DNA from: Catajapyx aquilonaris
Lineage: Eukaryota
NCBI GenBank assembly: GCA_000934665.2
Contig: KZ538005.1
Coordinates: 62,169-126,000, forward strand
Direction: 5' to 3'
DNA length: 63,832 nucleotides
This document shows positions 38,701-51,577 of this stretch, piece after piece. Position numbers and translations under genes: made by a program. Positions within the stretch are counted from its first letter, which is position 1. Each line of letters begins with the position of its first letter. The notes beneath the pieces are model-generated. The model was not told the origin of the DNA. It did no database searches and worked only from the letters and a program-made list of their open reading frames with translations.

Positions 38701-41700
38701 CCGCATCGATGTCGCCTGCAATGGATCCGCTCCCATCCATTGCTCCAGGCGCGGACAAAACCGCCAATTTTATCTACCGTGACGACAATGGAGACAATAC
38801 TCGATGTCCCCCCCTTTTTTATGGGGTCCTCCACAAAACGAGTGGTGATGAGGTGAGCAAATTCAAAGCCAGGACACGCCATGTGAGGCCCTTCCTGGGT
38901 GGTGGACGCCATCTTGGTGGAATGACCGTTACGCCTTGTCATAAGCAACCTAAGTCAGCCTCGAAATTGCTCGGATTCAGATTTTTCAAAATTTCTTTAC
39001 TCTCCTTGGGAACATTTTCAATTATCATGACCGAGTGGCGTAGCTGGCAAAGGATTGTATAGCAGATTGTAGGAAGGAAACACTGCTAAAGTATATACCT
39101 TTGCATTCCCACATTTTAATAATAAATATTAACATATTTACTCTCTCGTCTAATTTATTTTATCTCGTGTAATTTAAATTTCTTTACTTCTTATGCATAC
39201 AATTAATGCGCATAATTACTAATGTTCATAATAACATAATTCCACCGCCTTACAACTTCGTTCCACCTGAAGAGTTTTTGAAAAAAAAAATACCATCTCA
39301 TAATGCGCTCTAATTGCGATTAAGTTTCCAGGAGCAGTTTAGCCATCCGAAATCGGGTTTGAGCGTGTCTTGATAAAAATCCGGCCCGACTGGTTGCATT
39401 TATGTTGACTGGAAGGAGCTACCTGAGTCTCAGAAGCCTGCCTGAACTGCCACTCACCTCGCATGCAAATTAAGGGCTGGAATTACCACGGCGTGCTTGC
39501 CCCTAGGATTCCTCAACCCGTTTGGAAATGTACGTCACGTATGGTACACACATACTTCCCGGGACCCCAAGCATGTGGATGATTTTTACCGTCAGTTGGC
39601 AGAAGAGCGTTTTACATTGGGAGTGGCAACAGGTGGGCAAGGTCGTGGTTGCGATTTAAAAATATTAAAGGTACACTTCCAGGATTGGGTTTATTTAAAA
39701 AAACGGGGAATTCCCGTTTGAGGACCACCCTGGAGCCTGGTTCCCAGCAAAGCCTTTGGTCCGAATGCACGAGCGGGGAGTCCTCTTTGCACGCTCTTTT
39801 CTGGCCGAGAATAAAAGGCGGGAGAGTAATGTTGACACGAAGCTTCCAACCATGTGAAATGGGCAGGAGGGTATGGGGAAGGGTTGGCTGCACGCGTGAA
39901 CAACCTAATATTCGATAGAAAAGAGACCCATCTCAAAAGGAATGGCCGGTCTGCCAACCGCAAAGGGAATGAAAGAAAAGGAGGGGATTCAAAAAGCATG
40001 TTGCTCATTGAAATTCACCTTGTTTCCCCCCCCCCCCTCCCCCCGACCATTCCTCTTCAGAATGAGATGAGAAAAAGGTGGCCACGAAGCACCATCTCCG
40101 ATCATGCTCTTTTCCCCCGTGAGATCGGGGCGATAAAATTACTCATTTGTTACCACACAGGGGTTTTAGGCATTCAAGAGGTAGCTGCGAAAGGAGTTGC
40201 AAATTGATTTTACACTGGGTTGGGCCTTCTGAAGGCGTCGCTTTCGCATAAAGCTTACCTTTGAATACCTGACCAGTTTTTTATGCGATACATGCTGGTC
40301 ATTCCGCAGACAATTTATAATGATTAAAATTTAAGGTGGCACTTTAATGCGAGGCTAGGCATTTTTTTTCGTGTGAAGCCTGCAACATATTCGACAAAAT
40401 AGTAAGAAAATTGAGAAATTCAGTGGTGTGCATGACCATAACCAACTCATTCTTAGAGGTGATGGACACGCCCTAAAACAGTAGTCGGAGATTGAAATCC
40501 ACGCCTCAATATATTTGGTGCGTTCCGCACGCATGTAAATTTACTGCTTGCGTGCTGGTTCACAACCTGAGCTTTCCGTTTGCCGCTAATTTCATTTCCT
40601 GACCTCGCCTTGCCCATCAGAAATTGACCCAGAAACTGATTAATTTTAATATTTGTATTATAGGTATCCTTATATTACACAAAAAAATAGTATGGGACTG
40701 TGCCATGGCTAGCCATGGCTAGAGTAAAAGAATGTAAGAAATTCAAGGGCCAGACAGGTGGAATCGAACTATGGCCATCTAGCTACATGTGCATGAGACC
40801 TGCCGTACGTCATGCAGGGCGGTTCTCTTTCTATCCCGTGTGACAGATAATCCAACAGTAAAAAAAGTTCATCCTTGCCAGGACGAGTTAGGCCCATAGT
40901 GTTTAGCTTCAGCTGCCGGATGACGACTAGCAGGTGCCATAGAAAACTCAGCCAGAGACCTTCAAATAAGTCTCTCCACTTATTACTCAGACTCGTCCTC
41001 CCCCCCTCTCCCTCCCCCACTCCCTGCCTTATAACGTATCAGCACATAATATGTAAAAGAGTCGAAAAAGGAAGTCTGCCACCTGTTCTTTACCCTTTCT
41101 CGAAGACTCTTCATCCACATGTGTGGTTTGGAGGATATTGGATAATTTTTGCGCATGTCATTATCATAGAAACTGTCATTTTGGCAATCGTTTTGGGCGT
41201 ACCAATGAGAGTGCTGAATTCCTTGTGAAGTGTTATTGTGATTATTTTTTTGCATATTATTGTTAGTCAGTGTATGAATGGGTATAATATTTTGTAGCTT
41301 GTATGTAATATTAGATTGCATGTAGGTGAAATATTCATACACAATATCTTCATCGGGTAAGAAAAATGCATCTGTGTCACTTACGCTTTCATTTAACTAG
41401 TTTCAAGACAGCTTGTAGCGGCGAAAGTAAACGTGTGCGAGCGTAAGCATTTGCCTCAGGCCTACACATTTATGCGGGACATGTGTGAGTGTAGACGATG
41501 CCATCAAGGTCGAGAATGTGGGTGTGTGTGCGTGTGTTCTCCAACCTTGTATAGCACGCTTATATGACACAAGCAAGCAGGCCGCCGATACCATCTCTTT
41601 CCCCTCATTAAACTTATTATAAGGGAGGGAATAAAACGGACACTTCCTTATCTCGATACAAGTATTAATTGGCGGGTTTTTTCTTTCATTCTTTGTTCTA

Positions 41701-44700
41701 AATACCGGAGTAGCGGAAGGTGTTTTGCTGGAGGAGGTTGTGGAGGTTGATGTACAACAGAGGAGGGGAAAGATAAGGAAAAGGTTACGGAGATATGGCC
41801 ACCGTCTTACGTTCGGTCAGGTGTTGCGGAGCACGATCACCTGACAGGCTGTAATAGACGGTTTAATTGCTTTTTGAAGGTGGTTGCAACAATATCGTAA
41901 TATTAAGATATCGGCAATATTTTTGAGCAATTATAACAAAGATGTTTCAAAGAGGTCGTGCACCTTTGAGCCCAGCATTAAAATATGAGAAAACGGTACT
42001 TGTTTTTCAGCAACAATTATTATTTATTTTTAAAAATCTCATACGTAATTTTTGCCCCGACAATAAGTTTCCCTTAATTACTGCCGTAATTGAGTTTCCT
42101 ATTATATACAAGTATATCCCATCTGCCGCCGTAGTTACCACGCCCACTAATGCACGTGTAACGTAATCAAAATAATTGCCGTAACAAAAATGTTAGATCC
42201 CGCAGCATGGAAAAATCCTACTTTTGTGTGAGACAAGTCTGTCGCAATGAAGCCTAGACCTTGTCTGGAGTCTGGTGACCTCAATAGTGACCCTCCCGAT
42301 ATTGCACCTGCCGGGGCAACCTGCACTCGGTGAACGACTGGACTTCCAAAAAGGCCATAATAGTCGAATGGGGCGGAGACAGAAGACGAGGGCCTCGGAT
42401 CTCATGGTCCTCCCCCCCTACAAAACCCGTTCACCCCTGGACTCGTGCCTTGTCCACTATAACCGGACATAACTGCATCTTAACCCTCACCTGCCGCCTC
42501 AGGTATAATATCACACAACCCACAGGGGGTTTAGGAAAAAAAGTGGCACTGCCCATAATTATGATGCAAAATTTACGACTTGATTACGATGGTAGCCTAA
42601 TAGGCGAATTCAATTTATGGGAGTGCAGATTGTACACAAAGACACTGCATGGCGACAAATTGACTTCAGTATGATCTTACCACATTTCCCTATATGAAAA
42701 CACAAAACAAATAGATATAAAATGTCTAGGCGCGAATAGGCCGAGTCAGGTGCAGCTGCTGGTGAAATAAATAGGCAGATGTTTGGGCTGGTGCTGCCTA
42801 AGAGTATTTGCACTCTTGTCTTTGGCCGACAGCAGATGTATCTCCACGCTTGGATGGTTTTTCCCTTCATGGCCAACATACTATTAATAAGCACATCTCC
42901 TTGTGTGGATCGGCGAGACCAATTCATCAGGCGGCTACAGCATTTACAAGTCTTTGTGGCTTGAGTGCTTACCACCTACCGATGCGGCCTGCATCTGAAT
43001 CGAGTTCGACAAGGCTGGATGTTGGACACTATTCAGTAATAACGTAACTCCTTTTCCCCCAGACATTGCATGCATGATCGAACTTTCTTCACCATTAAAC
43101 TATTATATGGCGGAGTGAAACCAGACAAATGGAGCAAGTTGGAGACGGAAATGATGGCTTTTTTGATCGTCGCATTGTAAATAGCACCATCTCCATCTCT
43201 GCGTGCATGGTAAGCCTTAGGAGGGGCCAAATTGCTGGCTATTAGTCGGTGGCGAGGGATGGATAAACATGAGCTTGCTGGACTTCCACGTTATTCAGGT
43301 GCCGAGTCTTGCGGGAACCCCGAAGTGGACAATAGCTTTGCCCATGCCCTGTGGTTTTCCCTCCTGGCACGTCAGGCCCATCACGAAGGCAAGAGAGCTT
43401 ACCCCAAAGCACGCGAGATTGATGGATTTTCCTTCTGTCCAGGAAGAGAAGCTTGGAGAGAAATCTCCATGTTTTTATACACTCGAGGAACCATTCAACT
43501 AGAACAGTATCCGCAGACACATCGAACTTTTCAGATCCTGTCAGAAAAATGCGGGTAAGGATTTGCATTTGCTTCATAAAGATTTTGATTATGATGATTT
43601 GAGAGTCGAAACACGGCATCATGAATGGTGGGAACCGCTAAATAATATGTTGGTGGGGAGGCTACGTTTTTACCACCACTTGCTTTTTTAGCTTAAAGCC
43701 TGGGAATTCCGGTTTTTGTTAAGGTTTTTTTTTCAGGCACGAAGCAACCTCACATGTGACCGTATAAGTTGTTTGACTTATCTTGCATTATTTAATAGAG
43801 TTATTGCGGAAAAAGAAAATCTAACGCGTCTCGTAAATGACGAGAAAATTAGTTGTTTTATGAACTCTTTTCACATTAAACAAATAATGTCGACGGACTT
43901 AATTAGGGTGCGGGAGGGTTTACAAATATATATATATTTTTTGTAACCTGGAAATGAAAATATGTACTTGTATGTTTACCTGCCCCATTTTATTTAAATT
44001 GTTTCTTTAAAACTGACGTATAAAAATATTACGACTTCATCTCATTCAAGTTAGAGATACCGTAGTCATCATTGTCTTACCGAAATATTGTATTCATTTA
44101 GAAGACATAAAAATGGAAAGAAGTGCATATGTGCTGCTTTTGCACTTAATTTTTTTTGTATGAAAGCATGTACAGTACATGTGAAATTATTTCGCCAAAA
44201 AAGTGCAAAGGCTAGTCTGGATGATTTCACAATTAACGCACCACTCTTCGAAGCCTGTAGATGTGCTTTTCGGTAGCAGGTGAGAAAATAAAGCTTAACA
44301 AATCGCCGGCGGAGTGAGAAGATGAGGCAACGAATTCTCAAGTTAATGGCACCGTCATCCTGCCCCATTTCTTGCGATAAGGCGGTCATAAAATAGGCCG
44401 CGGGTCTAAGCCCCATAAACACTTTTTAGTTTTCGTCTTCACACATTCTTAACATGGAAAAATGTAAAAGAGCTTGTGCACCTCCTTCTTTTTTTATTTG
44501 GCTTTTGATGTTTTTTTTCTTCAAATGACCAACGCTCATTTGTATATTTTGTTCATTCAAAAACATTTGACGGCCTTAAAAGAAGACGGCTCTGGCAGGG
44601 ATTATCCAAATGAGCTTCAAGCGGCTCTTATATGGTGATAGGATCCGAAAGAAAAAAAAGACTGAAGATGAGAAGCCCGAGGTGAGGACAGCGGGTTCTC

Positions 44701-47574
44701 CTCACATTGTAAGCCCCCGATTTGCCGTGAAAAATTCTGCTAAAATATTAATGATCCCGGCTCATGAAAAATTGGCCACAGTGAATCACAGATTTGTTCT
44801 GGTATGTGCTCCCGTTCAGTGGGGATTACCTAGGTTAAGAGTGTATGGGGGATAGAAGAAGGATGTCTTCTGCGTGGACCCTCGCCTCCAGGAAGCAAAC
44901 TATGGGCACACTACAAAAAAAATGGTAGACCAGGGTCGAGGGATATCGTTTACTTCTTGGCCAGTCCTCAGTGCGCATGGACTCTGGGCGTGAAACAGGC
45001 TGAAAAGCTGATCATTCACGGTGTGTACATGACGGAACGCGAATTCCTTCAGAAATCTTTTTGGCTAGTAGCTGTCTAGCAGGTGACCAGGAGCCACAAA
45101 ACTGAAGCAGAATAAGATACAATTATTAAAGTATAGATAGCGCAGCTTCGTGTGTATAAGCCAGATGCGCAGTGTGTTACAAATTTTTGGTACTACCATA
45201 AAAAATGACAAGCTCTAATGATGGTGTCTTTATTCGGAGGAATGCACTTTCGCCTACTTATAGGGCTTGTGCATATGTCGTTGGAGCCACAGAATTACCT
45301 GTGTGTTCATTCCGGTGCGGTTAGGATTGAAAGCCAGATGAGAGATTCGCTGGCAACAAAAGGGGGTCTGAAGGAGTTGGGGTCTAGCTGACATACCAGA
45401 AGAAGCATTTTCTTGTGCCTCCCGGGGGCCTTCATCCAGTCGGATAATAACGCCACCGTTCCCTTTGAATGGGCCAAATAGAAGGGCGGGAACAGACGAT
45501 CAAACATAATGTTAGGGTTAAAAATGAGTCCTGCCCTTGTGACTGCAAAGGAGAAAGCCGTTTTCGGGGGCTCATTCCCCCCTCCCCACCTTCCCCCATC
45601 CTCTCTACTACCTAAAAAGTGACGGGACTTATCGCAAAAGCTTTGGGGCTTGCAAGTCACCTCCCATTATCCCAGCTTTATTACGAACGCAGCAGGGTTC
45701 TGATCAAACATCTCGCCCTTTCCATTGGCATGTGCAGGGAGCTGTGAACATTAATTACTTGGACCTGTCTAGTTACACTTTGATTAATTTTCAATTGTTA
45801 ATGGTGATTAATTAATGGTGGTCCGCACACCCCGAGCGACCCCACCGCTGTTGGCGAATGAGGTCCCCATTGTTCCTAGCTTTGATTACAAAGTCTCTTA
45901 AGTAGCGTTATTTTGCCCGAGTCCGTTTACCAACCGAAGTATTGTCAATGCAGAAGAAGAAAAGATCGTTGCCAGGTGAATAGCTCTAAAGTGGAAACCA
46001 CTCTCTGTATATAGACACCCGTGAAAAAAAAGGTTCTGCCAGATTGATTAGATTGAACCCAGGTCCTGTTCAATGGCCGATGAACAATGGTTGTCAGTGG
46101 ACGTGATTTCCAGAGCATGGCGCTTGATTAAACTTTCAACAAGAATAACACCCACTTTCGGAGCCCTCGAAAAGACAGGAGCTTGTCACGGACACTTGTA
46201 ACGATTATGGGCGTCGCATGCACCTGGCTAGATATTGATCACGTCTCTGCTGGCGAAGGTGGGCCGTAAAAAGATGAGTGCCAATGTAATTATTACCTCT
46301 GGCAGCACAAGGGATGTTTGAATCCTCATTGAAGCTGCGACTGGGGCTATTTAACATTTCATTTAGTGGATAACGATGTGTGGATGTGGCCGCTGGAGAG
46401 TGCACCTCCTCATTAATCATCTACCTACCTTGACAAGTAGCAACGGACGCATTTGTCATCACCTCCAAATTTGCGAATCGTCCAGGCTTGCCCAATCCCT
46501 CATGCTATTCGCGGGTTGTGTCAATTGCCACAGCCAACATGGCCCACAGGTGTGAATCAGCCCATGTTGGCAAATCCTCATTAAACCCAGCTGCTAAAAA
46601 GCATGCTGATATCACATTACAATATAGAATTACACTTCAGACTAACTCTTGACTGGAATTTTTGTGCGTAATGTGCGGTATCTTTATTGAGAAAAGGGGC
46701 GGGGATTTGCATGATCTGTAATCTTTGTTATATACAACGCAGCATGTTTACACGAGTAGCTCGTAAAAGTCATAATCATATTCATAAATTCCATTCACTG
46801 TCGCATAATGCTTATTCATGAATTAACAGATTCTTGAAATTTTTCTTTTAGTTGAACATTAATTATCTTTGCCTATGGGGCCAATAGCTTTCTTACCCAC
46901 TTTTTTTGGTATATTATCTGCCGGCTATTTACCTTTTGTGTTTTGCTGAAGCGGTACAGCCTAATATACGAGAAACGTCGAGTAATTTGAGTAACATTGC
47001 GCGACTAATTTCTCTTCTGTTAGCATCACGGTTCCCAATAGAATGGGAAGCAAATTCCGCTAAGCCCGTTATGTAAAAGCATGCTGTGCCATCCCTTCCT
47101 TTCTCCGTCATAAACTAGCCTGTAAGCAAGACTAATGGCACGTCTGGAGAGGCTCCAAGCTACAGCACCTGTACCCCTACAACCGCCTTCCGAGAATCCT
47201 AAATATCCTACCTTGGACAGTGGTTATGTGCCTTACTCGTCCATGGACAGAGCACGTGCCCGCAGCTGGAGGCATGATTGTGCAGGGCGCCCGGTTCGTA
47301 AATCGAGGCCCTTTATTTTTCACCTGCCGGACGAGGCCCTTGCATCGGTGACCCAGTCCCGTGGCCTTCCTGACCTCCAACCCCAAGGGAGGTCGCAAGA
47401 GTTGTCGAAAGTTCGTGATAGGTGGTCGGCATGAGGCGACTATTCCCAGAAATATGTGTTCGGCCTGGAGACTTCAATGACGGGATGGGTGACGAGCCTT
47501 TCTAGTTATGTGGAGCATTTTGATCAGTTGGTGTCAATTTTCTGGTGTTTTGCTATCCTCAAGGGGGTATCATA

Positions 47575-47766
47575 CCGTAACCATGTACCAGAGGTTCCGT
47601 AACAGTTCTCCCGAGCACATTCGCCCGCCGACAACTCGCCCGCCATACCAATTCGCCCGAGCACGGCGGACGAATGTGCATATAGGGCGAATTGGTATGG
47701 CGGGCGAGTTGTCGGTGGGCGAATGTGCTCGGGAGAACTGTTACGAAGGGTGGTACATGGTTACGG
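47575..47766. repeat. Near-perfect 192-bp palindrome (fold-back MITE-like)
   Basis: Arm 47575-47658 pairs with 47685-47766 around a 26-nt spacer. Arms contain repeated YTCGCCC units. Confidence 0.85.
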
Positions 47767-48723
47767 ACATTGTTGAGTTTAAGTTTCATGCGACGCCATA
47801 GCCGTGGCAAAATATTTGTCAGCCCAGTACATCTCGCGAGTCCCTGTAGTCACATAAAGCAGGCAGCAACCTGGCAGGAACATGTCGGCGATATATTCAT
47901 AATTGCAAATTGGGCAGCTGAAAGTGCGGTCCGGAAATTTACGAGGATGGTGTTGCACAGAAGCGTAGCCGTTTCCTTGGAGCCCGTTGGGTGGGTGAAT
48001 GGGGCGGCAGGTGAATCAGCAGGTGGGCATATAGCTCGCTGCCCGCCAAGGTGAGCCATAGTGTACGGCTCAGAACGTGACCTAACTACCAATACACCTC
48101 CGTGGACAGCCCCCCCTTCCTTCGTCTTAGGACCCAGGCACGCGTACCATCAACCGCCTTTCTCTTCTGGCTCGAGAGAAGAAGCTGCCGCCTGGCGATG
48201 CCCCCTTTCCCACCGCATGATTTATCGGCTGCGATGCCTTTTGGCCCCAAAAAACACACCCAAAAGTCGTCGGATAGGCTCACATTCGGACCTGACTGGA
48301 ATGCAGGGGACCGTAAGAGTGGGATTCTTCCCATGAGCATCAAGTTTTCATTCTTGGAGCCAACAAATGGGCAATTCTATCATGGGGAAGATGTACTTCC
48401 GGATAATTCAACTTTCATTCTCATTAGTTGCAGCATAATGGGGCTTATATAAATACCGTGTGCTTCATAAGTTAACGATACTCGTCTTCCATTGCTTTGA
48501 TCACTGCCTGCTACACATAATGAGGTCGCAGTTGATATTAAAATTGGGCTCAAATTTTTCAATAATAAGGCGCTTCCAGCATGGGTGTCATCACATAATT
48601 GTATGTCAGGATATTTAATGATTTTGTTTGAAACCCATGTGTGAGACCAAAATCATGACACTCCCGCATAAAGTGACGTAAGGATTCTAAGGAGTTCCCA
48701 TAATGCAAGTTTAAATCACGTTG

Positions 48724-48960
48724 CAGGGGTCGAATTTTATTTATTTTTTGTCCAGGTGCAAATTTTGCACTCCAGACCTTCATCTGGAGGGCAAATTTCT
48801 TACTTGGAGTGCTTAATATTTAATTACTGTGTTAAGCTACCGTACGTTAAAAGCAGGACCAACTGGAGTGCAAACTTTGCACTCCAAGGCTCAGTTTGGA
48901 GGGCACATGACACTTTTGGAGTGCAAATTGCACCTTTGCGTCCGAATATTTCGACCCCTG
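48724..48960. mobile_element. hAT-like MITE (237 bp), TSD degraded
   Basis: TIR CAGGGGTCGAA / TTCGACCCCTG. Three internal GTGCAAA..TTGCAC palindromic modules. Confidence 0.65.
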
Positions 48961-50617
48961 TAGTTGTTACTTGAAAAACGACCTATATAGTTACGACATT
49001 ATCTCATAACTACATTGCCAAAAAAATAATTAATCTTCGGAAACCTTTTTCTTCCTCTGATTTGGCCTTACGTTATAATATGCATCGTAATGATACAATT
49101 AAATGTGACCGAAGTGGTTAGCTATTTTTGAGGCATAATCTACTTATTATTAAGCAGTTACTTCAGAACAGGGATTATCAGAAAAGGGATTATCAAAATT
49201 GTAAGCTTTTTTATTAGGTTAAGTGGGCATATTTTACACCGCTGACTGCAGAAGGGGCCTAGCCTGCAAATAAAATGGGTTCAACATTGACCTCGGGTGC
49301 TAGGAGATTGTAGCCTATACATAGTTTCTTGTCTATGTCTTAATCTCAGTAATTCTCGATGAATTCTTCTCGACCTAATATAAACAGCGAACTGTTAAAA
49401 ATATTTTGGAAAAGTAACTGTTGAGTGCTTAATAATGAGCAGCTTATTGCGTAAAATTTTAACCACTACTAACACTTGAACAACAACAGACAATGATTAT
49501 TCTGATCAAACGGTGTGCTAGAAACCGCAGTCGTCAGAAGTCACACGACAGAGCCAGCAATCGCACGTGGCTTCCGTTGCGTAATCTCTTTTTGGGCAAT
49601 AGGTTCGTAAAGCGGTGCCCCATCATCAAGCAATACGTTCCGCCGACATTGAGTTAGGCGAGGATGAGGAACTGGTTTTGCTGGGAGGCCATCAACAGTT
49701 GGCATTGTTTTGCGCGATGGAAAAAGCGGATAGAGTATGCTTGCAGGTGGGCCAGGTGTAATTTACATACCCCTGGGGCCCGTCTGTTCTATACCCAATG
49801 ACACCTTAAAGCGCCTTCCTTTCAGGGGCAATTTGAAATGCCCACGTCATACATAGACGCCTAGGTGGCCGTGCTGACGTTTCCTCTTCCTTACCACAGA
49901 ATCACATGTATTGTAAACAATTCCACCAGGAACTGATCCCAAAAGAGCGGACAATCTGCAGGCAATAACGTGGAGGCCATAAATCGCCTAGGTCTTTGTC
50001 TTGTTGGTATAGGTACAATAAGAGGATGATAAATGTGGACAGCAAAACTGTCTCCCTTTTTATATTCCTTACGTTCCTATCAGTCCGATGTAGAAAACAC
50101 TTTCGGGTGCTAGAAAAGAAGTGGCTGTAAATCCCGACCTGACTTGGGTGTAAATCAAAGTCTCCCTTTCCCTCTACAATGAGCCTGTGATGGGGCATGG
50201 CGCCTTTGATTCAATACCGCCCTGATGATGATAATAAGGTGTCCTGATAGGTGGCAGAGAAACGAGGGTTTCAATTTGGGTCGTGCCAATTTGTTCTGGG
50301 TCAACATTACCAACAGTAGACCTACTTGCTCAAGATGGAATTCATTTTCAGCCAGTTAATTACCTTCTGGAATTCTTGGAAGAAGCTGCTGTTGCTGTGG
50401 GCGTCTCAAGAAGCTCTAATTCATGAGATGAGCCAAAAGTGTCCTTAGCTGCTGCGAGTCTTTCACGGTCTATATTTCAGATCGTAAATCGACAGACGGG
50501 AGTGATTGCACTAAATTAAGATCGCTTATAGTTGAACTTGTTCATCCTGTTTTTTTTGGCCCAGACTGGAATGGTGAGAAGGTAAAATGAACAGATGCGG
50601 GTACATGATTTCTCTCT

Positions 50618-50722
50618 TTTATTCAAACGCGCTGATACATGCTTCCCAACAACCTTCAGTCTCTATCCCTGGGGAAGAGGCGTCGCTTTTTTATCCAACA
50701 GTTTTATTGTATCGTTTTTATT
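50618..50722 (-). promoter_or_regulatory. Candidate poly(A) signals of the eyegone-like gene
   Basis: Minus-strand AATAAA at 50717-50722, 50703-50708 and 50618-50623, about 420-530 nt past the stop. Confidence 0.4.
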
Positions 50723-51145
50723 GAGATTAATTATTGGTTCGCACTCTCTGAAAGTGCATTATAGTGCACAACAAACAACCCAAAAATTCAATCTACAGGA
50801 CTACTAAGCACTATCTGGCGTCTTTGTGACAGGTGTGCGTAACATTAACACTACATCGATACATGGATAATGACGGTACGTGCTGTGTACAAGTATGAGA
50901 TTCACTGAAGCCAAGTACTGCACTTCCCGCTATTTCAAGTTCGTCACTAGTTGAGCCACATTGTCCGGTTAAAAGCCATTTAAGTAGGCAAGTGTCCTTT
51001 AACTGTCCGTTAGGTCGTCCGCATAATAATGTGTAAGAGATCAGCTGCCGGAGATATCATCCAGGCTTGTTGTCCGGTGGGGATAGGCTTACTAGGCCTG
51101 GGCCTAGGATGAGCTTACCAAGCCTAGCTAGTCCTGGTGCTAGCA

Positions 51146-51577
51146 CTAGCGGCAACAAGGCGAAGTGGCCCCGCCCGAATGAGCATCTCCCCGGTCGGTC
51201 ACCGACACTTCAGAGCTTTCTGACACGCTACGATGCCGGTCTGTGACCTGACCTCTGCCCCCCGACCCTTCGTCCTCGGACTCGCTCATGTCGATCTCCG
51301 GTTCGGGAGATGACTGTGGGTGACCGTCGTCTATGTCACTGTCCGGGTAATAGTCGGCAGCCGCGGCAGACGACGTGGACGGTTTGGGAGGCCGGAAGGC
51401 GCTATTTTCGCCGCCCATCTTCGGGAGGTCGGAGGTCGGGCAGGTAGGCGGGGGGCCTGGGGATCCAGGGGTGGTACCTGGAGGCGGCGTGCCAGGCGAG
51501 CCAGCTAGGGCGAACGGCTTTAAGAGGTTCATGCGTTGGTGTCGCCTCCATTTGGCTCGTCTGTTGGAAAACCAAAC
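51146..51577 (-). CDS. eyg: eyg exon 6: homeodomain helix 3 ([20 protein letters not shown]) plus Pro/Ser/acidic C-terminus
   Basis: Acceptor CCTTTTAACCTAG|GTT. In frame with track ORF 51146-51532. Ends in TAG. Confidence 0.93.
   Translation of the reverse strand, partial: VWFSNRRAKWRRHQRMNLLKPFALAGSPGTPPPGTTPGSPGPPPTCPTSDLPKMGGENSAFRPPKPSTSSAAAADYYPDSDIDDGHPQSSPEPEIDMSESEDEGSGGRGQVTDRHRSVSESSEVSVTDRGDAHSGGATSPCCR

Noticed and set aside
50805..50935. Plus-strand similarity to miR-277 (GCACTATCTGG) and miR-92 family (TACTGCACTTCCCG), i.e. possible target sites in the eyg 3' UTR
   Set aside because: Neither has a perfect seed match; short matches like these are expected by chance.
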